Origin: an uncultured Actinomycetota bacterium
GTDB taxonomy: Bacteria; Actinomycetota; Actinomycetes; Actinomycetales; Demequinaceae
Assembly (NCBI GenBank): GCA_963735005.1
Contig: CAVTJA010000008.1
Span: 42,829 to 106,828 of the forward strand
Length of the DNA stretch: 64,000 nt
Direction: 5' to 3'
The position numbers and the translations under genes were made by a program. Below, piece after piece: positions 48,093 to 58,847 of this stretch. The notes under the pieces were generated by a model that was not told where the DNA came from, searched no databases, and worked only from the letters and a program-made list of their open reading frames with translations. The first letter of the stretch is position 1; every line of letters begins with the position of its first letter.

Positions 48093-49280
48093 ATGGCCGA
48101 CGAACGTTCCGCCTCTATGACCACTCTTACCGCGCCAAGCCCCGTGCTCGCCCGCCCAGGCGCCGTCCCCGCCACGGGGGCCGACGAGGGCGTGGCCTGG
48201 CACTACGGCGACCCAGGCGCGGAGCAGCGCGCGATTGCGGCCGGGCGAGCGGTCGTGGACCAGTCCCACCTTGGCGTGATCGCCGTGACGGGGCCGGACC
48301 GCCTGACGTGGCTCGACTCACTTGGGACGCAGCAGACGAACGCACTGGCGCCGGGCGAGAGCGTTGAATACATGATCCTGTCGCCGCAGGGGCGCGTCGA
48401 GCACGTCGCTGCCCTGGTGGACGACGGCGCCACCGCGTGGCTCATCACCGAGACCGCGCCCGCGCTCGCGGCCTTCCTTGACCGCATGCGGTTCATGCTG
48501 CGCGTCGAGGTCGCGGACGTGACCGCCGACTGGGCTGCGCTTGGCGAGGCCGTGGGGGCGCCTGCCGCCGCGGGCGAGCCCGTCACGTGGGTTGACCCGT
48601 GGCCCGGCGTGACCGCCGGGGGCACCTCGTACCGCGACGTCGCCGCCGGCGCGCACCCCGGGGCCGCCCGCACGTGGCGCCTGGTGTTGGTGCCGCGCAC
48701 CGGCCTCGATGCCGCCGTGCAGGAACGCGTGGACGCCGGCTGGACGCTCGCGGGCACGTGGGCCTCGGAGGCCGAGCGGATCGCGCACTTGCGCCCGCGC
48801 GCCGCGCTCGAGCTCGACGCCACTGCGCTCCCGCACGAGCTCGACTGGCTGCGCACCGCCGTGCACCTCAACAAGGGCTGCTACCGCGGCCAGGAGACCG
48901 TGGCCAAGGTCCACAACGTTGGCAAGCCGCCGCGGCGGCTCACCCTGCTGCACCTCGACGGCTCGGAGCACGCGCTTCCCGAGCCCGGCGCGACCGTCAC
49001 GCTCGGCAGCGGCGACGACGCCAAGCCGGTGGGCCACGTGACGAGCGCCGCCCGCCACCAGGAGCTCGGGCCTATCGCGCTCGCCCTGATCAAGCGCTCC
49101 ACCCCGGCGGACGCCCCGCTCACCGTGGACACCGACTCCGGGGCCGTGGCCGCCGCGCAGGAGACCGCAGTCAACCCCACCGGCGAGTCCGTTGACCGCC
49201 CGCCGCCGCCCGGGCCCACCGCCCGTGGCCTGCTGGTGGGCGACAAGTGCAAGGCGCCCGGCGGGGAGATGCCCGCCTAG
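48093..49280 (+). CDS. ygfZ: folate-binding YgfZ/GcvT-like protein
   Basis: KGCYRGQETVAKVHNVGKPPRRL motif and an aminomethyltransferase-like fold. Confidence 0.88.
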   Translation: MADERSASMTTLTAPSPVLARPGAVPATGADEGVAWHYGDPGAEQRAIAAGRAVVDQSHLGVIAVTGPDRLTWLDSLGTQQTNALAPGESVEYMILSPQGRVEHVAALVDDGATAWLITETAPALAAFLDRMRFMLRVEVADVTADWAALGEAVGAPAAAGEPVTWVDPWPGVTAGGTSYRDVAAGAHPGAARTWRLVLVPRTGLDAAVQERVDAGWTLAGTWASEAERIAHLRPRAALELDATALPHELDWLRTAVHLNKGCYRGQETVAKVHNVGKPPRRLTLLHLDGSEHALPEPGATVTLGSGDDAKPVGHVTSAARHQELGPIALALIKRSTPADAPLTVDTDSGAVAAAQETAVNPTGESVDRPPPPGPTARGLLVGDKCKAPGGEMPA

Positions 49281-49325
49281 CCAGGGCGCACCCGCGCGAT
49301 TGTTGGGCGGCCGCAGCGTCGTCCG

Positions 49326-49601
49326 TTGTACGGTGAGGTCGTGGAGATCACCCTGACTGCGTTCGTGAAGGACGCCAAGAAGTACGTCGACGCCGCACGC
49401 GACGGCGGCGAGGTCGTCGTCACCGACGGCGGCGTACCCGTGGTGCGATTGTCGAAGGTTGGCGCCGCGGACCTGCTCGCGCGCCTCGAACGGGAGGGCC
49501 TCATCAACGCCCCCGCCGACGAGCGCGCCGTCCCCCGACTTCCCCAGGCCGAGGCCGCCAAGGACGCACTGTCCAGCCTCATGGGCCGGCTGCGCAGGTA
49601 G
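49326..49601 (+). CDS. type II antitoxin (Phd/YefM or VapB-like); start uncertain
   Basis: About 90 aa immediately upstream of the PIN gene, with a 2-nt gap. Contains ITLTAFVKDAKKYVDAA..GGEVVVTDGGVPVVRL. Confidence 0.7.
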   Translation: MYGEVVEITLTAFVKDAKKYVDAARDGGEVVVTDGGVPVVRLSKVGAADLLARLEREGLINAPADERAVPRLPQAEAAKDALSSLMGRLRR

Positions 49602-49603
49602 CC

Positions 49604-50041
49604 GTGGCCGTCGTCTACCTTGACACCTCCGCCCTCGTGAAGCTGTGTGTCCACGAGACCGGCACGCCGTTGGCGGTCGCGCTGTGGGAGGGCGCCGACG
49701 CTCTCGTCACGTCCCGCCTCGCGTACTCCGAGGTCAAGTCGATCATCTCGACTGGTGAGCGCATCGGCCGCATCGACGCCGCGCCCGCCGCCCTCGCCTA
49801 CGACCGCTGGTCGCAAATCAAGGGCTCCATGTGGACCGTCGAGGTGTCGCCGCAGGTGTCCGACGCCGCGGCCGAGCTTGTGACCAAGCGTCCCCTCCGC
49901 GCGGCCGACGCGATCCACCTCGCGAGCGCCCTACTGTTCAAAGACGACACAACCGACCTGCTATTCGCCGCGTGGGACAAGCGGCTCGCGTCCGCGGCCC
50001 GCGCTGAGGGCCTCACCGTTCTACCCCCGGGACTGACCTGA
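49604..50041 (+). CDS. vapC: PIN-domain toxin VapC
   Basis: VVYLDTSALVKL..., ...AADAIHLASAL and conserved acidic residues. Confidence 0.85.
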   Translation: MAVVYLDTSALVKLCVHETGTPLAVALWEGADALVTSRLAYSEVKSIISTGERIGRIDAAPAALAYDRWSQIKGSMWTVEVSPQVSDAAAELVTKRPLRAADAIHLASALLFKDDTTDLLFAAWDKRLASAARAEGLTVLPPGLT

Positions 50042-50403
50042 TGATTTTTGGAACCGTGCAAACGTGGCTGTTCTTAGTGCTGTCGGTGGCAGCCTTCGCG
50101 GCGGAGGGCTGGGCGCTCATTGACGCGCTCCGGCACCGAGCGGGCGCCTACGTCGCGGCGGGCAAGAACACCAAGCCGGTGTGGATCACCATCCTGACCG
50201 TCGCGATCGTGATCGGGTTCCTTGGGTTGCCGTATCCGATTGGCATCCCGTTCTCGGGTCCGTTCAACATTGCAGGCCTGGCCGCGATCGCCGCTGCAAT
50301 CATCTACCTGGCCGGAGTCCGGCCCGCCGTTCGCGCGCACCGTCAGAGCGTGCCGCGGAAGCGCGGCCGGGGGCGCAAGCGCGACAACCGCGGCGGCTGG
50401 TAG
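50041..50403 (+). CDS. DUF2516-like membrane protein
   Basis: 120 aa with three hydrophobic helices. Contains [12 protein letters not shown] and KPVWITIL. Confidence 0.7.
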   Translation: MIFGTVQTWLFLVLSVAAFAAEGWALIDALRHRAGAYVAAGKNTKPVWITILTVAIVIGFLGLPYPIGIPFSGPFNIAGLAAIAAAIIYLAGVRPAVRAHRQSVPRKRGRGRKRDNRGGW

Positions 50404-50413
50404 CGCCCGGCCG

Positions 50414-50839
50414 ATGCGGGCGGTCCTGCAGCGCGCGTCACGCGCTTCGGTGACGGTGGAGGGGCGCGTGGTTGCGTCGTTCGACCGCGAGGGCCTGGTG
50501 GCGCTCGTGGGCGTCACCCACGAAGACTCGCCGGCCCAGGCCGCCGTCATCGCGCGCAAGATCGCCGAGTTGCGCATCCTGTCCGCCGAACGGTCGGTGG
50601 CCGACGCCGGGGCACCCGTCATCGTCGTCTCGCAGTTCACGCTGTACGCGGACACCAAGAAGGGGCGCCGGCCGTCGTGGAACGGAGCCGCGCCTGGGGA
50701 CGTGGCGGAGCCGTTGGTGGACGCGGTGGTCGCGGACCTGCGCGGGCGCGGGCTCGATGTGGGCGCGGGGGTGTTTGGGGCGCACATGGAGGTCGAGCTC
50801 GTGAACGACGGCCCGGTCACCCTGATCGTGGAGGCGTAG
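50414..50839 (+). CDS. dtd: D-aminoacyl-tRNA deacylase
   Basis: [28 protein letters not shown] and VNDGPVTL. The ATG at 50414 is the start. Confidence 0.9.
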   Translation: MRAVLQRASRASVTVEGRVVASFDREGLVALVGVTHEDSPAQAAVIARKIAELRILSAERSVADAGAPVIVVSQFTLYADTKKGRRPSWNGAAPGDVAEPLVDAVVADLRGRGLDVGAGVFGAHMEVELVNDGPVTLIVEA

Positions 50840-50849
50840 CCCCGGGCGC

Positions 50850-50952
50850 GGGGGCTCGCCGCGCGCACCGGGGGGCTCGCCGCGCGCACCGGGGGGCTCG
50901 CCGCGCGCACCGGGGGCTCGCCGCGCGCACCGGGGGCTCGCCGCGCGCACCG
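50850..50952. repeat. tandem repeat family A: 5 copies of a 20-21-bp unit (G5-6 CTCGCCGCGCGCACC)
   Basis: CTCGCCGCGCGCACC recurs at 50855, 50876, 50897, 50917 and 50937 (periods 21, 21, 20, 20). Confidence 0.95.
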
Positions 50953-50998
50953 CCGGACGCCCCCAGCCGCGATCCCGTCCGTACGAGCCCAAAAGGGC

Positions 50999-51175
50999 AC
51001 GCGTGGACGCCAGCACCGCCAGCGACGTCCAGACGAGCCCGCCGCAGGCGCGGACCGCACACGCGTGGACGCCAGCACCGCCAGCGACGTCCAGACGAGC
51101 CCGCCGCAGGCGCGGACCGCACACGCGTGGACGCCAGCACCGCCAGCGACGTCCAGACGAGCCCGCCGCAGGCGC
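50999..51175. repeat. tandem repeat family B: 2.85 base-perfect copies of a 62-bp unit
   Basis: acgcgtggacgccagcaccgccagcgacgtccagacgagcccgccgcaggcgcggaccgcac occurs at 50999, 51061 and 51123. Confidence 0.95.
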
Positions 51176-51192
51176 CCACTACACACGCCGCG

Positions 51193-51254
51193 CCACGCCC
51201 TCACGCCCGTGGCGCCCGCTTTGTCTGGTTCACCACGCCCTCACGCCCGTGGCG
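51193..51254. repeat. repeat family C: two copies of a 22-bp hairpin-forming element 40 bp apart
   Basis: ccacgccctcacgcccgtggcg occurs at 51193-51214 and 51233-51254. The arms are (CG)CCACG/CGTGG(CG). Confidence 0.9.
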
Positions 51255-51347
51255 AACATGGGCATGGAGCGCACCCCTCCGCGGTTAGCATCGGGGAAGG
51301 CCATGGTGGCGGGCCCACGGCCCCCACACTGATCATTGGAGGGGCCC

Positions 51348-53879
<2,532 letters not shown>

Positions 53880-53899
53880 GCGACAACAGACCTAGAGCA

Positions 53900-53952
53900 C
53901 TCGGCGCGCATCGCCCCTATCGTGGGGGGATGCGCGCCGTTGTCGTGTCCGG
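53900..53952. repeat. 53-bp direct repeat copy 1 (contains a 10+4-bp hairpin; likely clpC terminator)
   Basis: ctcggcgcgcatcgcccctatcgtggggggatgcgcgccgttgtcgtgtccgg is identical to 55354..55406. The arms are GGCGCGCATC/GATGCGCGCC. Confidence 0.9.
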
Positions 53953-54022
53953 AGTGGCATCCGAACGAACAGACGGCCCGGATGTGCCGCACGCCGCCGC
54001 GCGCGATAGCCTCACGACATGA
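53930..54022 (+). CDS. possible 30-codon upstream ORF (remnant signal-peptide start) coupled to the 54019 gene
   Basis: It starts with MRAVVVSG, which is identical to the first 8 codons of the 55384 gene. Its TGA overlaps the ATG at 54019 (ATGA). Confidence 0.3.
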   Translation: MRAVVVSGVASERTDGPDVPHAAARDSLTT

Positions 54023-55302
54023 CCACGGAACGACGCTCCCCCCTGTCCTGGCTCAAGCGCCACTGGCGCAGCACTACCGTCCTCGTGGTACTCGCGGGGC
54101 TGGTGCTGTGGTGGGTTGACCCGCTGCCGCCCTACGGTGAGCCGCCCTACGGCCCCCGCATCCCCACCAGCGCGGCCGGGGGCCTCATCACCGACATCAC
54201 CTCCCCTCAGGACGGGCTTCCCGGCGCGCTGCCGCTGTCCGGCATGAGCGCCGACGGCACCGTCCTCGCGTACTACGCAGAGGACCGGAAGGACTGGGCG
54301 CCCCCGCTCTACGGTGAGCACCCCGACGGCGTCGACTTGCGCCTAGTCCGAAGAGACGGCACGTACGACGTGGTCGCCACCGCTGACGATCCGCTGATGG
54401 ATTTCACCTTCGGGTCATCCGCGGCATTTGGCGACACGGTCGCGGTCCTCACGCCCGCGTTCAGGGACGAGCGCGCGAACGAGCTTGACCGCTGGGACTA
54501 CACCTTCGTGGACCTCGCCACCGGCGAGTACACATCGGTCACACCGACGATCACCGACGGCGTCGGTATGGGCGACACGGTCCACCCGAGCGACGTCGCA
54601 GAGGTCGTGGGCGACACCGCCCTCACCAAGGTCGGCTACAACGGCGGATTCACCGTCGTGGCGGCGACGAAGGACGGACGCTCCTGGTTCCCTCTCGACC
54701 CGGAACTTGACCTTGGCGAGATGCTCCTTGGCACCGACGCGTGCACGGGCAAGGCGTGGATCGGAGGCATGACATACGAGAACCCGCGGGACCGCGCCAA
54801 TCGCGGTGCGGCGACCTTCACCAGCTACCTCTTCGACGTCGGCGAACCCGGTTCCCGATCGACGCTCGAGGCGAAGATCGAACTCCGGTCGGCCGAGCCG
54901 GAAGGGCTACTCGCCGCCAGCCCTCAGATGGATCGGTGCGGCGACGCCGTTGTAGGCGAGCTCTACCCGCCGGACGGAGTCAACCCCACCCAGTACGGCT
55001 ACCTGGCGCCGGGCGGAAATTCGTTCGAGCCGCTGGACGTTCCGTACGACTCGTCGGGGTACCTCAGCCTGACCACACCGTGGCTCGCGTACGGCAAGTA
55101 TCAGCATTCGACGATCGTCAACGTTGAGACAGGTCAGGTTGTGGTCGACGCCGCTCTGGACGGTGTGTGCGGCGACACGCAGGTCGCGGGAGATCTGGTT
55201 CGCTGGGTCGCGCTACAAAAATCGAGACGCGGCGACCCCGAACTGCGGGTAACCGGGCGCGGCTGCGCGACCTTCATCGGGAGGATCGCCGCAACCGACT
55301 AG
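54019..55302 (+). CDS. hypothetical N-terminally anchored secreted protein, paralogue A
   Basis: 427 aa with TM helix TTVLVVLAGLVLWWV. The strings DITSPQDG.PGA..LSG and C-terminal C.TFIGRIAATD are shared with the next gene. Confidence 0.7.
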   Translation: MTTERRSPLSWLKRHWRSTTVLVVLAGLVLWWVDPLPPYGEPPYGPRIPTSAAGGLITDITSPQDGLPGALPLSGMSADGTVLAYYAEDRKDWAPPLYGEHPDGVDLRLVRRDGTYDVVATADDPLMDFTFGSSAAFGDTVAVLTPAFRDERANELDRWDYTFVDLATGEYTSVTPTITDGVGMGDTVHPSDVAEVVGDTALTKVGYNGGFTVVAATKDGRSWFPLDPELDLGEMLLGTDACTGKAWIGGMTYENPRDRANRGAATFTSYLFDVGEPGSRSTLEAKIELRSAEPEGLLAASPQMDRCGDAVVGELYPPDGVNPTQYGYLAPGGNSFEPLDVPYDSSGYLSLTTPWLAYGKYQHSTIVNVETGQVVVDAALDGVCGDTQVAGDLVRWVALQKSRRGDPELRVTGRGCATFIGRIAATD

Positions 55303-55353
55303 CGTGCTCTCGAACGCATCGGCGCCACAACCGTTTCGACCTAGCCGCGGGCG

Positions 55354-55406
55354 CTCGGCGCGCATCGCCCCTATCGTGGGGGGATGCGCGCCGTTGTCGT
55401 GTCCGG
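55354..55406. repeat. 53-bp direct repeat copy 2
   Basis: Base-perfect match to 53900..53952. It includes the ATG at 55384. Confidence 0.9.
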
Positions 55407-56609
55407 GCTCCTTGCGAGCGCGCTGGCGCTCGCCGGTTGCGGCGGCGGAGGCGCGCCGGAGCCGGTTTCGACGGCCACGGGCCTGGATGGCAGGGCCGTT
55501 GACGTGACGTCGCCGCAAGACGTCTACCCGGGCGCCAAACGGCTGTCGGGAGTGGGTGCCGCAGGCGAACTTCTCGTTGCCTTCACGGCGCCCGACGCAG
55601 AGCGGCGGAGGCGAGGCCACTTGAGGACGGCCACGGCGTCGCACTCGTCGAGCACGACGGCACCACCACGGTGATCATCCCCGACGGCACCTACACGAGC
55701 GAAGGCCCGGACGTGACGCCGTACTCGCAGATCTCGGTGTCGACGGTGGTGATGGTCGAGCGCGCGGGGGACGGGTCCGGCACGTTCTTGTTCTACGACC
55801 GACGCTCGGGCGGGCTCAGCCGCGTGCCGGGGCTTCAACAGGTGCCGGACATGGACCCGGTGGACCTCACGAAGCGCGCCTGGCGCGGCGTCCTCAAGGA
55901 CGATCGCCTGTACGTCGCGGTGGACGGCGTCGACGGCGGCGCCACAGTCGCACAGATCACCGCCGACGGCCGGGTCACCTTCCCGTTGAGCGACACCTAC
56001 CTGGGCAACGACCTCGAGCTGGGCGTGGATGTGTGCAACGGGGACTTGGTGGCGTGGTCGGCGACGGTCGTTGGCAACGTGACCAATCGCGAGCTCTTTC
56101 GCTTCACGATGAACGGCGGCCTCCCCACGGGGATTGACGACTCGAGCCGCACGTGGCGGTCAACAGAGCGCGATGGCTACCGCTTCCAGCGCGGGATTGT
56201 GCGCGCGTGCGGCGACCGCTGGCTGGCCCGCGCGGACAGCGTCGGAGGCGGCGCCTTTGGCAGTTTCGGCGGCGAGATCGCGACGTCGGGCCCGCTCGCC
56301 ACGAATGAGGACGTGGCGTTCGGCAACGCCACCGCCTACGAGCTCGGCTGGAACGGTACGTGGGCCTCGATCTCGGTCTACAAGGCGTCAGGCGTCGAGT
56401 ACTGGGAGGACGAGAAGAGCGCCCTGTTCAACACCGACACCGGCGAGTCCTATGTCGTCGCCGGCGCCGCCGACGGCTGCTCGGGCATCTCGCAGTCTGG
56501 CGACTGGATCGCGTGGGAGGAGACCGTGGGGCCGCCGTCTCCACAAGTGCTGGCGCGCCCGCGGGCGACGTGCGTGACCTACGTGGGCCGGCTCGCGCTC
56601 ACGAACTGA
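55384..56609 (+). pseudogene. putative lipoprotein, paralogue B, frame interrupted near 55600
   Basis: Signal peptide with lipobox MRAVVVSGLLASALALAGC. Homology to paralogue A continues only after a -1 shift into the frame of track ORF 55671..56609. Confidence 0.7.
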
Positions 56610-56663
56610 CCTCGACGCTCGAAACGATTCGATTCGCTCGCGCGCGCCCGCTATCCTGACCAC

Positions 56664-57680
56664 ATGACCCACACCCCGCACGTGGCCGCCGACGCCCGCT
56701 ACGACAACATGACCTATCGCCGATGCGGCAAATCCGGTATCCGCCTGCCCGGAGTCTCGCTGGGGCTGTGGCAGAACTTTGGGGACGCATCGTCCCTCGA
56801 GCGGCAGCGGGACATCATCCTGGCCGCGTTCGACATGGGCATCACCCACTACGACCTCGCGAACAACTACGGCCCGCCGCCCGGGTCCGCCGAGCGCAAC
56901 TTTGGCGGCATCTTCGCGCGCGACCTCAAGCCGTATCGCGACGAGATCCTGATCTCCACCAAGGCGGGCTACTGGATGCACCCCGGCCCGTACGGCGAGT
57001 GGGGCTCCCGCAAGTACCTGCTGAGCTCGCTCGACGCGAGCCTGCAGCGCATGGGGCTCGACTACGTTGACGTGTTCTACCACCACCGCCCGGACCCGGA
57101 CACGCCCATCGAGGAGTCGATGATGGCGCTGGACCAGGCGGTTCGGTCAGGCAAGGCGCTGTACGCCGGCATCTCGAACTACGGCCCCGAGGCCACCCGC
57201 GAGGCGGTGCGGATCCTCAACCACCTTGGCACGCCGCTGCTGATCCACCAGCCCCGCTACTCGATGTTCGACCGCAAGCCGGAGCAGGGGCTACTCGAGG
57301 TGCTGGATGACGAGGGCGTGGGCTCGATCGTGTTCTCGCCGCTGGCGCAGGGCCTGCTGACTGACCGCTACCTCAAGGGCATCCCCGCCGGCTCGCGCGT
57401 GACGCACAGCCAGTTCCTCAACGAGGAGCAGGCCCAGTCAAAGACCTACCTGGAACGCGCGCAGGCGCTCAACGACATCGCGCAGGGGCGCGGGCAGACG
57501 CTCGCGCAACTGGCGATCCAGTGGGTGCTGCGCACGGACACCGTGACGTCGGCGCTCGTGGGGGCGTCGAGCGTGGACCAGCTGCGCGCGAACGTGGCGG
57601 CGCTCGACTTCGACCCGCTGACTGCGGAGGAGATCGCGGCGATCGAGCCGCACGCCGTGGACGGCACAGAACACGCCTAG
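56664..57680 (+). CDS. aldo/keto reductase (YghZ/L-glyceraldehyde-3-phosphate reductase-like)
   Basis: 338 aa with GVSLGLWQNFG, THYDLANNYG and VFYHHRPD. Confidence 0.88.
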   Translation: MTHTPHVAADARYDNMTYRRCGKSGIRLPGVSLGLWQNFGDASSLERQRDIILAAFDMGITHYDLANNYGPPPGSAERNFGGIFARDLKPYRDEILISTKAGYWMHPGPYGEWGSRKYLLSSLDASLQRMGLDYVDVFYHHRPDPDTPIEESMMALDQAVRSGKALYAGISNYGPEATREAVRILNHLGTPLLIHQPRYSMFDRKPEQGLLEVLDDEGVGSIVFSPLAQGLLTDRYLKGIPAGSRVTHSQFLNEEQAQSKTYLERAQALNDIAQGRGQTLAQLAIQWVLRTDTVTSALVGASSVDQLRANVAALDFDPLTAEEIAAIEPHAVDGTEHA

Positions 57681-57722
57681 ACCAGTGGCGCGGGCGCGTC
57701 GGCGCCGTGGCACGATATCCGC

Positions 57723-58223
57723 ATGACCGCCGTCGTGGTGCGCCCCGCGCTTCCCGCTGACGTGCTCGCGATCCGCGAGATCGTCCAGCAGTACACGAAC
57801 GACCGCATCCTGCTCGCGCACGACCTCGTGGCCTACTACGAGGCGATCCGCGACTTTGTGGTGGCCGAGCGCGAAGGCGAGATCGTCGGCTGCGGCGCGC
57901 TGCACGTGATGTGGAAGGACCTTGGCGAGGTGCGCACCCTGGCGGTGCGGGACGGCGCGCGCGGCGCCGGCGTAGGCCACGCGATGCTTGAGGACCTGAT
58001 CGCCCGAGCCCGCGACCTGCGGCTCGCCCGCCTGTTCTGCCTGACCTTCGAGGTGGACTTCTTCGCGCGGCACGGCTTCGAGCCCGTTGACGGCGACGTG
58101 GTCGCGCCCGAGGTCTACCGCGAGATGCTGTTGTCGCACGACGACGGCGTGGCCGAGTTTCTCGACCTCGCGCGTGTGAAGCCCAACACCCTTGGGAACA
58201 CCCGCATGCTGCTCAGCCTCTAG
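57723..58223 (+). CDS. GNAT family N-acetyltransferase (short ArgA-like)
   Basis: 166 aa. The acetyl-CoA loop VRDGARGAGVGHAML and the sequence LFCLTFEVDFFARHGFEPV. Confidence 0.8.
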   Translation: MTAVVVRPALPADVLAIREIVQQYTNDRILLAHDLVAYYEAIRDFVVAEREGEIVGCGALHVMWKDLGEVRTLAVRDGARGAGVGHAMLEDLIARARDLRLARLFCLTFEVDFFARHGFEPVDGDVVAPEVYREMLLSHDDGVAEFLDLARVKPNTLGNTRMLLSL

Positions 58224-58837
58224 TAGCCGCGGTCCCACGCGGAGTCGGGACAGATGCGGGTGGCCGCCGCGTCCGCCGCGATGTACTCGTCCTCGCGGTC
58301 GTGCGGCTGGTTGGAGCGGCGGTCGAAGCGCGCGATCGCGTAGCCGTCCTCGATAAGCCCGAGCCCAAAGTCGTCGCCGTCCGCGGGCCACTCCACGTAC
58401 CGCAGCAGGCGGTCGTACGGGTCGCGGTCCGTCTGGGCGCCTGGGATCAGCGACACGTCCTCGCCCAGCAGGGCCTCGAGCTGGTAACGCGCCTCGTCGG
58501 CTCCGCACTTGCCCTTCTCGGGGGTGTCGATGCCGATGATTCGCACCTTCTCGCGGACGCCGCCCTGCTCCACCTGCATGGTGTCGCCGTCGTAGACGTG
58601 TACGACCTTCCAGATGTCGCCCGTCAACGCATCGGGCTGCGCGGCCGGGGGGGTGGTCTGCCGCGACTGCGGGTCGGTGGTTTGCGGCGCGGTGGTGGCA
58701 GGGGCCGTGGTCGCGTCGACGGTGATGGTCGGCAGCGGGCCCTCTTGGTTCTGCGAGTACCAGAGCACGTACACGATCGCGGCGATGAGCAACGCGGCCC
58801 ATGCGGCCTTGGAGGCGAGGGATCTCATGCGGCCCAT
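58220..58837 (-). CDS. membrane-anchored thermonuclease (SNase-like)
   Basis: The ATG at 58837 gives MGRMRSLAS plus a TM helix. It contains VYDGDTM and VRIIGIDTPE. The track ORF is over-extended. Confidence 0.8.
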   Translation of the reverse strand: MGRMRSLASKAAWAALLIAAIVYVLWYSQNQEGPLPTITVDATTAPATTAPQTTDPQSRQTTPPAAQPDALTGDIWKVVHVYDGDTMQVEQGGVREKVRIIGIDTPEKGKCGADEARYQLEALLGEDVSLIPGAQTDRDPYDRLLRYVEWPADGDDFGLGLIEDGYAIARFDRRSNQPHDREDEYIAADAAATRICPDSAWDRGY

Positions 58838-58847
58838 CTTTCCATCG

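Noticed and set aside
50850-51254. Possible CRISPR array.
   Set aside because: The repeats are directly abutting, with no unique spacers of regular length. Three different unit types are present, and no cas genes are in the window.
50074-51288. Track ORFs spanning the dtd-clpC spacer (50074..51204 -, 50438..51124 -, 50677..51288 +, 51003..51613 +) with repeated peptide motifs such as GARGEPP and DASTASDVQTSPPQA.
   Set aside because: The peptide repeats simply mirror DNA repeats whose periods (20, 21 and 62 bp) are not consistently multiples of three. The ORFs overlap dtd or each other, have no RBS and have no recognisable domains.
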